Shown: one piece after another, positions 47,778-57,364 of the stretch
How positions within the stretch are numbered: position 1 is the stretch's first letter
Layout: each line of letters starts with the position of its first letter
NCBI GenBank assembly: GCA_965243615.1
Contig: CBDEVO010000003.1
Coordinates: 4,058,471 to 4,122,470 of the forward strand
Length of the DNA: 64,000 nt
Reading direction: 5' to 3'
From: Vicinamibacterales bacterium
Lineage (GTDB): Bacteria; Acidobacteriota; Vicinamibacteria; Vicinamibacterales; UBA8438
Made by a program: the position numbers and the translations under genes
Notes under the pieces: model-generated
Seen by the model: the letters and a program-made list of their open reading frames with translations, nothing else
Database searches by the model: none
Told to the model about the DNA's origin: nothing

Positions 47778-48777
47778 CGTTCGCCGCCGCCTTCTCGACC
47801 GCCCGGGCCCCGGTCAGCGTGCCGTCCATGCCGTAGTTGCCCTCGTGGCACGCGTACTCGAACAGCGGGAGGTCGCTCAGCCGCATCGGGAGCTCCACCG
47901 ACCACGGCTGCGTCCACGTCGTGGGGTCCGTCACCGTGAACGAGTAGAGCAGCACGTCGTCGCTCATGCGCCGGAACCGCTCGACGAGATGGAGGTTCTC
48001 GCTCGAGTTGCGGAAGCTGGTCTCGCGCAGGAAGTTCTTCGTCTCGACGACCAGGGTGTCGCCGTCCCAGTGACCGCGGGACACGCCGGTCCACATCGGC
48101 ACGGTGCCGTGGCCGCTGCCGTCGAGGGGGACGATGCGGGCGTTGTGCACCATCTCGTTGAGTATCACGACGTGGTCGGCGGTCTGGAAGATCTGCACGT
48201 TCATGTTGTAGGCGGCGGGCAGCATCGGCGGCCCCGAGTTGAACCCGGTGATGCACCGCTCGCCGAGAGGCCGGTCCTCCGGGCCCCACGACGGCCGCTG
48301 GTTGACGCGCAGGCGCTCGGCCGCCCGGGCCTCGGCCGCCTCGGTCAACGCCGGCACCCGGCCGTTCGGGGGATCGACGACGAGCGAGGTCCGGCGGGTC
48401 TCGACGACGGAGTCGCCGCGGTCCCACCAGAAGTCGTTGTAGGCGAGGGCGAGGTCGCGGCTTTCGCGGGTGCCGTTCACCTCTCCCCGGGCGGTCGTCT
48501 CGAGCTTGCGGGCCTCCCGGTCGCGGTCGGCGTTGCTCTCCCGCACGCGCTCGGCGGCGTAGGCGGAGACCTCCTCCTCGGAGAGGAACGCCTGGTCCGC
48601 GAACTCCTCGGGACGCTCGAGGGGGGTCACGGTCCGGAAGTCCCAGACGCCGCTGATGTCGGGGTGCCCGTCGGGGGTGCGCAGGATCTCGCTCCCGGAC
48701 TGGGCGGCGGCCGGGGCCGCGAGAGACAGCGCGAGCGCGGCGCTGCCCGCGAGCACGGCGATGGTTCGGATGTTCAT
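47767..48777 (-). CDS. Exported protein, unnamed family (paralog 1 of 4; C-terminal EYACHEGNYG motif)
   Basis: The signal peptide is MNIRTIAVLAGSAALALSLAAPAAAQ, and it carries the shared motifs listed in the findings. An alternative GTG start lies at 48789. Confidence 0.8.
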   Translation of the reverse strand: MNIRTIAVLAGSAALALSLAAPAAAQSGSEILRTPDGHPDISGVWDFRTVTPLERPEEFADQAFLSEEEVSAYAAERVRESNADRDREARKLETTARGEVNGTRESRDLALAYNDFWWDRGDSVVETRRTSLVVDPPNGRVPALTEAAEARAAERLRVNQRPSWGPEDRPLGERCITGFNSGPPMLPAAYNMNVQIFQTADHVVILNEMVHNARIVPLDGSGHGTVPMWTGVSRGHWDGDTLVVETKNFLRETSFRNSSENLHLVERFRRMSDDVLLYSFTVTDPTTWTQPWSVELPMRLSDLPLFEYACHEGNYGMDGTLTGARAVEKAAANDGQ

Positions 48778-48989
48778 GGTCTTCGTCACCTCTGATGAAA
48801 GACGGCGTCTACCCGCAACGCGGGGTACTCCTGGCTACCGTTCGAACGAGCTTTCCCGTTGCCGGATCGGACTTCGGCTCGACCGATTCGGTTCGCGTCG
48901 GCTGCTCCCGGTCTCCTCAAGCTCGGCGAACGCCGAGATGAAGGGCTTCGTCGAGGCGATCGTGAACGACCGCCTCGGTGCATTCCTCC

Positions 48990-50036
48990 CTACTGCCCCG
49001 CCTCGGCCGCGGCTTCCTGCACCCGCGCGCCGGCGAGGATGTTGTAGAGGCCGTAGTTGCCCTCGTGGCAGGCGTACTCGTACATCGGCTGCTCGTTCAA
49101 CACCATCGGCACCTCGTAGGTCCACGGCCTCGACCAGACGGTCGGGTCGTCGATCGTCGCCTCGTAGTTCAGGACTCCGGGCGACACCCGGGTGAAGCGC
49201 TCGGTGAGGCGGAGGTTCGCATCGGTCGAGCCCGAGCGGAAGCTCGTCTCGCGCAGGAAGTTGGCCGTCTCGACGACGAGGGTGTCCCCCTCCCAGTGCC
49301 CGCGGGAGTCCCCCTGCCACTGCGGCAGATCGATCTCCGCCCGCCCGTCGAGGGGAACGATGCGCACGTTGTGGTTCATCTCGTTGAGCAGCGCCACGTG
49401 GTCGGGGGTCTGGAAGATCTGCACGTTGTTGTTGTAGCCCCCCGGGGTCATCGGCGGACCCGCGTTGAAGCCGGTGATGCAGCGAAGCTGCAGGCCGTTG
49501 GCCCCGAGGTCCTCGACCCAGCCGCCCGGCGTCGGCGAGTGGTTGTCGACGCCCTCCCGCGCCGCGCGCAACGCCGCCTGCCGCTCGGCCGCCTCTGGGA
49601 CCAGCGCCGGGATCTTGCCGTCCGGCGGGTCGACGACCAGCGACGTGCGCCGCGTGCCGACGGTGGTGGTGCCGCGGTCGAGCCACAGGTTGTTGTAGAA
49701 GCCGGGGGCCCCCTCCTCGCCGCGGTCGACGCTCGCGGTGACCTCCGTTCTCACGGCGGGGCGATTCAGGAGCTCCTCGTTGCGGGCCAGGGTCTCCTGC
49801 TCCAGGTTCGCGGCCTCCTCCTCGCTGAGGAAGGCCCGGTCGCCCAGATCGTCGGGACGCTCCATCGGCGTGATCGAGCGGAAGTCCCAGACGCCCTGGA
49901 TGTCGGGGGCGCCCCACGCGGTCCGCGGCACCGCCTCGTCGGCGCCCTGACCGGCGGCGACGGCCGGGGCCAGCATTCCCAAGGCGACGGCGACGGCGAT
50001 CGCCCGACCCGTTGCGGCGCGGTTTCGATGGTTCAT
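48990..50036 (-). CDS. Exported protein, unnamed family (paralog 2 of 4)
   Basis: The start is ATG 50034-50036 (MNHRNRA), preceded by GAGGAGGG. It has a signal peptide and full-length similarity to the other three copies. Confidence 0.85.
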   Translation of the reverse strand: MNHRNRAATGRAIAVAVALGMLAPAVAAGQGADEAVPRTAWGAPDIQGVWDFRSITPMERPDDLGDRAFLSEEEAANLEQETLARNEELLNRPAVRTEVTASVDRGEEGAPGFYNNLWLDRGTTTVGTRRTSLVVDPPDGKIPALVPEAAERQAALRAAREGVDNHSPTPGGWVEDLGANGLQLRCITGFNAGPPMTPGGYNNNVQIFQTPDHVALLNEMNHNVRIVPLDGRAEIDLPQWQGDSRGHWEGDTLVVETANFLRETSFRSGSTDANLRLTERFTRVSPGVLNYEATIDDPTVWSRPWTYEVPMVLNEQPMYEYACHEGNYGLYNILAGARVQEAAAEAGQ

Positions 50037-50112
50037 GTCACCCTCCTCGGTCCACTCGGATGGATACGCATGATCGCCCACTTCGGCGGCCGGACGCAAG
50101 GCGCCCGGGGCG

Positions 50113-51456
50113 TCAGTAGTCGGCCGCATCGAGCGAGAAGCTGACGATCTCCTCGTCGTTCCGGGTGAGGACGTGCCGGTTGGCGTAGGCGGGATGGACC
50201 CAGCTCACGTTGCGCAGCTCCCGGCGGTTGCCGGGGTTGGAAGTCGGCGCGATCAGTTGCGTGCGGCTGATCTCCTCGTAGCCGGCCGGACTCAGCCGCG
50301 AGATGATCAGCTCGCCCCGGTCGTTGTTGATGAACACGCGGTCCCGGTTCTTGACCATGAACCCCGAGACCCAGCGGCGCCGCTCGACCGTGGCCTCCTG
50401 CGTCTCCCAGATGCGCTCGCCGGTCTCGGCGTCCAGGCAGCGGAGCTGGCCGTAGCTGCAGATGCCGTAGATGTACCCGCCGTCGATGATGGGCGTGGCG
50501 AGCACCGCGTGCAGCCCCTCGGTGCGGATCTCGCTGTTGCTGCTCCCCTTCCACTCGATGGTCGCCGCGGGGCGGTCCTGGTTGAGGGCGAGCATCATCG
50601 GGCCGTCGTAGAACGTGGTGAAGAAGAGCCGGGCCCCCACCTGCACGGGCACCGCGACGGTCATGGCGCCGCCCACGACGTACGGCTGCCGCCAATAGAC
50701 GTCGCCCGTCACCGGGTCGAGCGAGGCGACCTCCTCCGGGTCCCAGACGATGAGCTGCCGCGCCCCGCCCGCCTCGATGATGATGGGCTGCGCGACCCCG
50801 AGGTCGGCCTCGCTCGGCAGGGCCCGCCAGATCTCCTCCCCCGTCATCTTGTCGAAGGCGACGACGCGGGCGTCGGGCGGGCCGCCGACGAGGCAGATGA
50901 GCCGCTCGCCGTCGACCAGCGGCGCGCTCGCGAAGCCCCAGTCGAAGCCCCACCGCATGCGGTCGACGCCGTAGTCCTCGGCGTAGCGTTTCCGCCACAG
51001 GAGCTCGCCGGTGTCGACGGCCAGGGCCGACATCACGCCGGTGCGCCCCAGGACGTAGACGCGGTCGCCGTCGACGGTCGGCGTCGCCCCCGGCCCGATC
51101 TCCCACTGGATGCCCGCGTAGTCGGCCTCCCACGACCGGGTCCAGAGAATCTCGCCGGTCGCCTCGTCGAGGGCGAGGGCCCGCTCGACCCCGCGCATGC
51201 CCTGTTGCGGCTCCCAGTCGGTGACGAACACGCGGCCGTCGGCCACCGCGGGGCCGGAGTAGCCGGCCTTGACGGGGGTGCGCCAGCGCGCCCTGAGCCC
51301 CTCGTCGGGGAACGCGCGGAGGATGCCCGTCTCGTTCCACACCCCGCGGCGCCCCTCTCCGCGGAACTCGGGCCAGTCTTCGGCCGCCACCTCCGCCGCG
51401 CCGCCGGCCAGCCAGGCCGCGCAGGCGACGATCGCAGTCAGTCTCGCGCAGGTCAT
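50113..51456 (-). CDS. PQQ-like / BamB-like beta-propeller repeat protein, exported
   Basis: After the signal peptide it reads WPEFRGEGRRGVWNETG. It then has repeated D..TGE.LW and V.G..VY.. blades (ALDEATGEILW, AVDTGELLW, FDKMTGEEIW, LDPVTGDVYW, LDAETGERIW). Confidence 0.8.
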   Translation of the reverse strand: MTCARLTAIVACAAWLAGGAAEVAAEDWPEFRGEGRRGVWNETGILRAFPDEGLRARWRTPVKAGYSGPAVADGRVFVTDWEPQQGMRGVERALALDEATGEILWTRSWEADYAGIQWEIGPGATPTVDGDRVYVLGRTGVMSALAVDTGELLWRKRYAEDYGVDRMRWGFDWGFASAPLVDGERLICLVGGPPDARVVAFDKMTGEEIWRALPSEADLGVAQPIIIEAGGARQLIVWDPEEVASLDPVTGDVYWRQPYVVGGAMTVAVPVQVGARLFFTTFYDGPMMLALNQDRPAATIEWKGSSNSEIRTEGLHAVLATPIIDGGYIYGICSYGQLRCLDAETGERIWETQEATVERRRWVSGFMVKNRDRVFINNDRGELIISRLSPAGYEEISRTQLIAPTSNPGNRRELRNVSWVHPAYANRHVLTRNDEEIVSFSLDAADY

Positions 51457-51609
51457 TCGTGCATGTCTCCGGTCAGGGCCCCAGGTGATTGGATGGCCAT
51501 CTCGAGCTCGGTGAGGCGAAACCCATCGGGTTCCCTCGATCGCTCCACGCTCTTCCTTCGATTCGGTATGGTCGACACCGGAAGGATGCCATGGCTGACT
51601 GCCGGAGGG

Positions 51610-52551
51610 TCAGCGCGGGGCGAGCTCGGTGTAGAGCGCCTCGACGGCGGCCGGCAGACCCGTCAGGTCGTACTCGGCATACCGATCCGGCAACTCCAAC
51701 GCCCCCGCCGCCTCCGCGGCGCTCCGGCCGGCCGAGTGCTCCCGCTCCACCGCGGCGACCAGCTCGCGCATGAACCCGGCGTACTCGGCGAGGTCGTCCC
51801 ACGTCAGGAACCCGCTCCAGGCGCGTGCCCTGCCCCGCTCCCGGCGCCCCCGGCCCGCATAGGTCGAGGGGAACGGCCCGTGCCCGGTGATCACCCGCGC
51901 CACCCCGTCGATGGCCGCGACGGCGCGGTCGAGGGTGTCGGGAAAGGCGAGCCCGCTGCCGCCCCGCTCGAGGTCGATGACGGGGACCGCCCTGTCGGGG
52001 AACAGGCCGCCCAGATAGGCGACCCCCTTCTCGGGAAAGACCACCACGACGTCGCCGTCGGTATGGGCGGGACCGAAGTGGTAGAGGTCGATGCGGTCGA
52101 GGTCGTCGAGCAGCGTGAAGCGATCGGTGAAGGTGGCCGTCGGCAGGCCCGGCCCGTCCTCGGCGTAGCGGCCGTCGCGGACCATCGCGGCCCGGGCGTT
52201 GGCGTGGGCGACGATGGTGACCGCGTCGGGGAACTCCGCGTTGCTGCCCGCGTGCTCCTCGTGGGCGTGGGTGTTGATGATCGTGGTAACCGGGAGGTCG
52301 GTCACCTGCTCGACCGCCTCGCGCATGGCGTCGCCCCAGCCCGGCGGCTTGGTGTCGATCAGGACCACGCCGCCGTTGATCTCGTCGATGAGGGCGAGGC
52401 CGTTGCCGCCCCCACCCCCGAGGTGGTAGAGCACGTCCCGGACGTTGAGGGTGTCGATGCTGACGATGCGCTCCGTCCCGGCCTGCGCGAGGGCCGGCAC
52501 GGCGGACCCCGACAGGAGGACGGCGGCCACGGCCGCCCCGATCCATCTCAT
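51610..52551 (-). CDS. MBL-fold metallo-hydrolase, exported
   Basis: After the signal peptide it has the HxHxxH-type motif INTHAHEEHAGSN, then GPAHTDGDVVV and ITGHG. The start ATG 52549-52551 is preceded by GGAGAGAG. Confidence 0.85.
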   Translation of the reverse strand: MRWIGAAVAAVLLSGSAVPALAQAGTERIVSIDTLNVRDVLYHLGGGGGNGLALIDEINGGVVLIDTKPPGWGDAMREAVEQVTDLPVTTIINTHAHEEHAGSNAEFPDAVTIVAHANARAAMVRDGRYAEDGPGLPTATFTDRFTLLDDLDRIDLYHFGPAHTDGDVVVVFPEKGVAYLGGLFPDRAVPVIDLERGGSGLAFPDTLDRAVAAIDGVARVITGHGPFPSTYAGRGRRERGRARAWSGFLTWDDLAEYAGFMRELVAAVEREHSAGRSAAEAAGALELPDRYAEYDLTGLPAAVEALYTELAPR

Positions 52552-52652
52552 GCGACTCTCTCCGCTTCCTCGCCCGGGTCCTCGCCTTGTCCGCATCCAC
52601 TCGAGCCGACCCTTCCGCGTCCGACCCGGTTCCACGGCGCCGACTCCTGCAG

Positions 52653-53561
52653 CTACAGCACCCCGGCCTGCTCCATGACCGCCTCGCACTTGCCCCGTAT
52701 CTCGGTCGCCACCTCGAACGGGTCCCCCTGCTGCAACTCGGCCCGGAACAGCTCGACCGACAGCGCCCCCGTGAACTCCTTCTCGGCCAGCTTCTGCAGA
52801 ATGCGCACCACCGGGGCGATGCCGTCGCCGGGAATGATCCGCGAGTCGTTGTCGATGAGCTCGCGCGGTCCGTCGAGGAGGTCCTGGAAGTGGGTGTGGG
52901 CCAGCTCGCCCGGCTCGAGCAGGTCGAGGTCCTCGAACTTGCTCATGCCCGACCAGAAGTGGAAGAAATCGATCATCGGCCGGACGGCGGGATGGTCCGC
53001 GGCCCGGATCATCGCCAGCGACGACGTCAGCGTGGACAGATGGGTCGAGGTGCGCGTGAACTCGATCATCGTGGTGAGACCGAACCCGGCGGTGATCTCC
53101 GCGACCTCGCGGATGGCGGCCGGCGTAGCGTCGAAGTCGGCGGCGGTGACCGGCCGGTTCGTGACCGACGGCGAGTAGATGAGCTCGAGGCCGAGGCTCG
53201 CGAACTGCTCGCAACGCTCCCGCCAGGTGTCGAGCGAGGCCGCGCGGGCCGGCCCCGGAATCCACAGGTCGGGCAGGGCCACCGCGGCCGAAACGGGGGT
53301 CATCCCGTTGTCGGTCATCACGCGTCCCGCCGCCGCCAGCGTGTCGTTGGCGAGGAAGTCGACCAGCATCTGGTCGTTGAGCTCGACGTAGCGGATGCCC
53401 GCCCTCGCCCAGCCCTCGAGCGAGCCGCGGTAGCCGGCCCCCCGCGACGTGTTCTGGTGCATGGCCAGCAGCATCTTGCCGGGCTCGGCGGACTGCGCGC
53501 CGGCCAGCCGGGCGAAAGGCAAGGCCAGGGGCGCCATCAGAAGGTTGCGTCTCGTCAGCAT
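52653..53561 (-). CDS. Xylose-isomerase-like TIM-barrel protein (sugar phosphate isomerase/epimerase family) with a Tat-like leader
   Basis: The leader is MLTRRNLLMAPLALPFARLAGAQS. The body reads GIRYVEL...GLELIYSP...TTMIEFTR...HFQD...GALSVELF. The start ATG 53559-53561 is preceded by GAGAGGAA. Confidence 0.75.
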   Translation of the reverse strand: MLTRRNLLMAPLALPFARLAGAQSAEPGKMLLAMHQNTSRGAGYRGSLEGWARAGIRYVELNDQMLVDFLANDTLAAAGRVMTDNGMTPVSAAVALPDLWIPGPARAASLDTWRERCEQFASLGLELIYSPSVTNRPVTAADFDATPAAIREVAEITAGFGLTTMIEFTRTSTHLSTLTSSLAMIRAADHPAVRPMIDFFHFWSGMSKFEDLDLLEPGELAHTHFQDLLDGPRELIDNDSRIIPGDGIAPVVRILQKLAEKEFTGALSVELFRAELQQGDPFEVATEIRGKCEAVMEQAGVL

Positions 53562-53663
53562 GGATTCCTCTCGTGTCGTCGTCGGCCTTCTGCGGCCGCG
53601 CGTTCTTCCGCCGCGCCGGCGCCGCAACGGCGGTCGGCCCGCGGCACCGTCCATATCCGGCGG

Positions 53664-54677
53664 CTACCGGCCGCTTTCCGCCGCCCCCGCTTCCTGCACC
53701 ACCGCGCCGGCGAGGATGTTGTAGAGCCCGTAGTTGCCCTCGTGGCAGGCGTACTCGAACAGCGGCTGGTCGTTCTTCACCATGGGGATCTGGTAGCTCC
53801 AGGGCCGGTCCCAGGCGCCCGGATCGTTAACCGTCACCTGGTACATCAGCGTGCCCTCGGACACCCGGGTGAACCGCTCGACGAGGTGCAGGTCGGCAGT
53901 GGTCACGCCGCCCCGGAAGCTCGTCTCGCGCAGGAAGTTGGTCGTCTCCACCACCAGGGTGTCGCCCTCCCAGCGACCCCGCGAGTCGCCCATCCACTGC
54001 CGCACGCCGTCGTCGAGGTTCGGCCGCCCGTCGAGCGGGATCACGCGCGAGCTGTGCACCATCTCGTTCAGCAGGACCACGTGGTCCTCGGTCTGGAACA
54101 CCTGGAGGTTCTGGTTGTAGCCGCCCGGCGTCATCGGCGGGCCGGTGTTGAAGCCGAGGATGCAGCGGACCGCGAACATGCCCGGCCCGAGGTCCTCGAC
54201 CCAGCCGCCGGGGGTCGGCGAGTGGCGGTTGACGCCGGCCCGCGCCTGCTGCTCCGCCTCCCGTCGCGCCGTCGCGGCCGCCGACAGGGGCGGCACCCGG
54301 CCGTCGGGCGGGTCCGTCACCAGCGACGTCTGGCGGGTCTCGCTGACCCGGTTGCCGGGGTCGAACCAGAACTGGTTGTAGTTGCCGACCACGTCGGCCG
54401 GCTCCTGGTCGTCGCGCACCGCGAACGCCGCGAGGCGATCGGCCTCGAACTGCGCCGCCTCCTCGGGCGTGAACACCGCCTGATCGGCCAGCGCCTCGGG
54501 CCGCTCGAACGGGGTCAGGGTGCGGAAGTCCCACACGCCGTTGAGGTCCGGGGCGCCCCAGGCGGTCCGGGGGGCCGCGTCGTCGGCCGCCGGCTGGGCG
54601 ACCGCGCCCGGCGCGAGAACGCCGGCCGCGAGAACGAGCACCGCACACGCCGCCGCCGCATATCGCTGGATGGCCAC
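53664..54677 (-). CDS. Exported protein, unnamed family (paralog 3 of 4)
   Basis: GTG 54675-54677 is preceded by a strong AGGGAGGAAG Shine-Dalgarno, although the ORF extends to 54716. This copy is closest to paralog 2: both contain HSPTPGGWVEDLG. Confidence 0.85.
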   Translation of the reverse strand: MAIQRYAAAACAVLVLAAGVLAPGAVAQPAADDAAPRTAWGAPDLNGVWDFRTLTPFERPEALADQAVFTPEEAAQFEADRLAAFAVRDDQEPADVVGNYNQFWFDPGNRVSETRQTSLVTDPPDGRVPPLSAAATARREAEQQARAGVNRHSPTPGGWVEDLGPGMFAVRCILGFNTGPPMTPGGYNQNLQVFQTEDHVVLLNEMVHSSRVIPLDGRPNLDDGVRQWMGDSRGRWEGDTLVVETTNFLRETSFRGGVTTADLHLVERFTRVSEGTLMYQVTVNDPGAWDRPWSYQIPMVKNDQPLFEYACHEGNYGLYNILAGAVVQEAGAAESGR

Positions 54678-54828
54678 GGGGCTTCCTCCCTGGTTCCGTT
54701 TACGGTTCCCCTTCAACTGTCGACCGGCGCATGATCGCTCCGATGCCCGCGGCCGTCAACCCGGCCGGGTCAGGGAGAGGGCCCGGCAGGCGTGAGGACA
54801 TCGAACCGGCAACGTGTAAGCTTGGTGC

Positions 54829-55044
54829 GTGAAGGCAAGGACGATTGCCATCGACCGGGAAGCGCATGAGCTGCGGGCTGCAAGCAAGCGGCGCGGGGAG
54901 CCCTTCAGCGACGTAATCGAGCGCGCCGTCCAGGCGGAACGGCACACGGCGTCGTATCTGCTCGATCACATCGACGACATCCTACTGGCCGAGGACACCC
55001 TCACCGCCATCGAGGCGGTGATGAGCGAGCGGAGACGCTCCTGA
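54829..55044 (+). CDS. Small VapB-like putative antitoxin / RHH-like protein, with no adjacent toxin
   Basis: KARTIAIDREAHELRAASKRRGEPFSDVIERAV resembles the archaeal-type VapB antitoxin pattern (TI.I.DE.Y..L......GESFSDVI.RL). It is 71 aa with a GTG start. Confidence 0.55.
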   Translation: MKARTIAIDREAHELRAASKRRGEPFSDVIERAVQAERHTASYLLDHIDDILLAEDTLTAIEAVMSERRRS

Positions 55045-55108
55045 CCGCATCGTTGCCGGTTCCGTGGAGATTCGGGTCGGACAGTCGTCACGACAACGGA
55101 GGGTTGGA

Positions 55109-56143
55109 ATGCAGGCACGTCCCATCGCCGCGCTCGGCATGTTGCTCATCGTCTCGCTCATCGCCGGCCCGGCGCGCGGTCAGGCCCCGCGGCTGCCCGA
55201 CGGGCGGCCGGACCTGCAGGGGGTGTGGGACTTCCGCACCATGACGCCGCTGCAGCGGCCCCAGATGATGGCCGATCGGGAGTTCCTGACGGAGGAAGAG
55301 GCCGCGACCCAGGAGAACCGGATCGCGGCGTTCCGGGCCAGCCAGCTCGAGCCGAGCGAGGTGCGGACCGAGCCGCTGCCGGCCGGTGGCGGAGGCCGCG
55401 CGGTGGGCGGGTACAACGACTTCTGGCTCGACTACGGCACGACCGTCGTCGAGGACCGCCGCACCTCGCTCATCGTCGACCCGCCGGACGGTCGGCTGCC
55501 CGCCCTGACCCCCGAGGGCGAGGCGCTCCGCCAGGTAGGCTCGCTGATCGAGGACCTGCCGATTCCGCTGCCGGTGCGGGTCCGCAGCGCCGGCACCGGC
55601 GCCGACCGGCCCGAGGACCGCGGCCTCGCCGAGCGCTGCCTCGTCGGGTTCAACAGCGGCCCGCCGATGATGCCGAGCGGCTACAACAACAACATGCAGC
55701 TCTTCCAGACCGCGGACACCGTCGCGATCCTGAACGAGATGGTGCACGACCTGCGGGTCATTCCCCTCGACGGCCGCCCGCGGCTCCCGGAGGGCATCCG
55801 CCAGTGGGCGGGCAGCTCGCGGGGGCACTGGGAGGGCGACACCCTGGTGGTCGAGACCACCAACATGACCGACAAGACGGGCAGCTTCGACCCGTCGGCC
55901 ACCACCGCCATCGGCACCGGCCTGACCGTCACCCTGACGGAACGGTTCACCCGCCTCGACGGCGACACCCTGCTCTACGAGTACACGGTGGACGACCCCG
56001 TCATCTTCTCGCGGCCGTTCACCGTCGCGGTGCCGATGCGGCGGTCCGACGAGCCGATGTTCGAGTACGCCTGCCACGAGGGCAACTACGGCCTGCTCAA
56101 CATCCTGAGCGGCGCCCGCGCCGAGGACGCCGCCGCCCGCTGA
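55109..56143 (+). CDS. Exported protein, unnamed family (paralog 4 of 4)
   Basis: ATG 55109 is preceded by ACGGAGGG. The signal peptide is MQARPIAALGMLLIVSLIAGPARGQ, and the shared motifs are present. Confidence 0.85.
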   Translation: MQARPIAALGMLLIVSLIAGPARGQAPRLPDGRPDLQGVWDFRTMTPLQRPQMMADREFLTEEEAATQENRIAAFRASQLEPSEVRTEPLPAGGGGRAVGGYNDFWLDYGTTVVEDRRTSLIVDPPDGRLPALTPEGEALRQVGSLIEDLPIPLPVRVRSAGTGADRPEDRGLAERCLVGFNSGPPMMPSGYNNNMQLFQTADTVAILNEMVHDLRVIPLDGRPRLPEGIRQWAGSSRGHWEGDTLVVETTNMTDKTGSFDPSATTAIGTGLTVTLTERFTRLDGDTLLYEYTVDDPVIFSRPFTVAVPMRRSDEPMFEYACHEGNYGLLNILSGARAEDAAAR

Positions 56144-56289
56144 GCCGTCGCGGCGTGCTCAAGGCTCATCGGAGTCGACCTTGCCGAGGGCCCAGCCGCG
56201 GAAGGCTTCGAGGTCGCCGAGGTCGTCCCGGATCGCCCGGTACGCGATGCCGTGATCGGCGCTGGAACCACGGAACGTCCGGCCGGGCG

Positions 56290-56823
<534 letters not shown>

Positions 56824-57364
56824 TGACCCGGCCTGGGGTCGGCCGGCGGCCCGGTGCCCGGGCCAGTCCCGGCGCGCCTCGGAGTGCTGCCCCGCAGCCG
56901 CGGGCCGGGTCGGAACGGGCCCATTCTCACACAGCCGTCACGGGGCGGGGCGGCCGATGGCACGAACTCCCCGCCCCGCGCGGCCGGGGGCGCCGTTCCA
57001 CGAGGCGCCTGGCAGGGGCGCCGGCGCCGGCCGCGGGTCATCCCATCGCGTCCGTGCCCGCGAAGGGCCGGCAGGCCGACACGCGCCGCCCCCCGGCGCT
57101 CCCGTCCCGCCGGGCTGGTGCACGACAGGTCTGCGGGGTGACGCCCGGCCGGGTCGGGCTGGTGGTTGGGGTATCGTGGTCGGCGGCATCTCACCTGTCG
57201 CCGCCCCCTCGCGGCGCATGCTCGTGAACCGCCCGCAGGTAGTTGATAAGGTGAGGCGTTCCCCGGAGGCCGCGGGGCGGGGAGGCCGACGCCCCGATGC
57301 GTCACGGATGCGATAATCGACCGCCTCGGCCTGGTCACCAGGAAGCGAATCCGGAGGTGTGACG

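Noticed and set aside
48656-49195. A plus-strand ORF containing the protein-like stretch MKGFVEAIVNDRLGAF, between paralogs 1 and 2.
   Set aside because: After about 20 residues it runs antisense into paralog 2 and becomes Pro/Arg-rich. There is no Shine-Dalgarno sequence. It is most likely chance or a tiny remnant.
56824-57364. RNase P RNA, tmRNA, SRP RNA or 6S RNA in the 541-nt gap.
   Set aside because: The characteristic strings are absent. These include GAGGAAAGUCCGGGC for RNase P, a tRNA-like GGGG...UCCACCA frame with an ANDxxxLAA tag for tmRNA, and the GGAAGCAGCCAAGGCAG-type SRP domain IV. The gap is kept as an open observation only.
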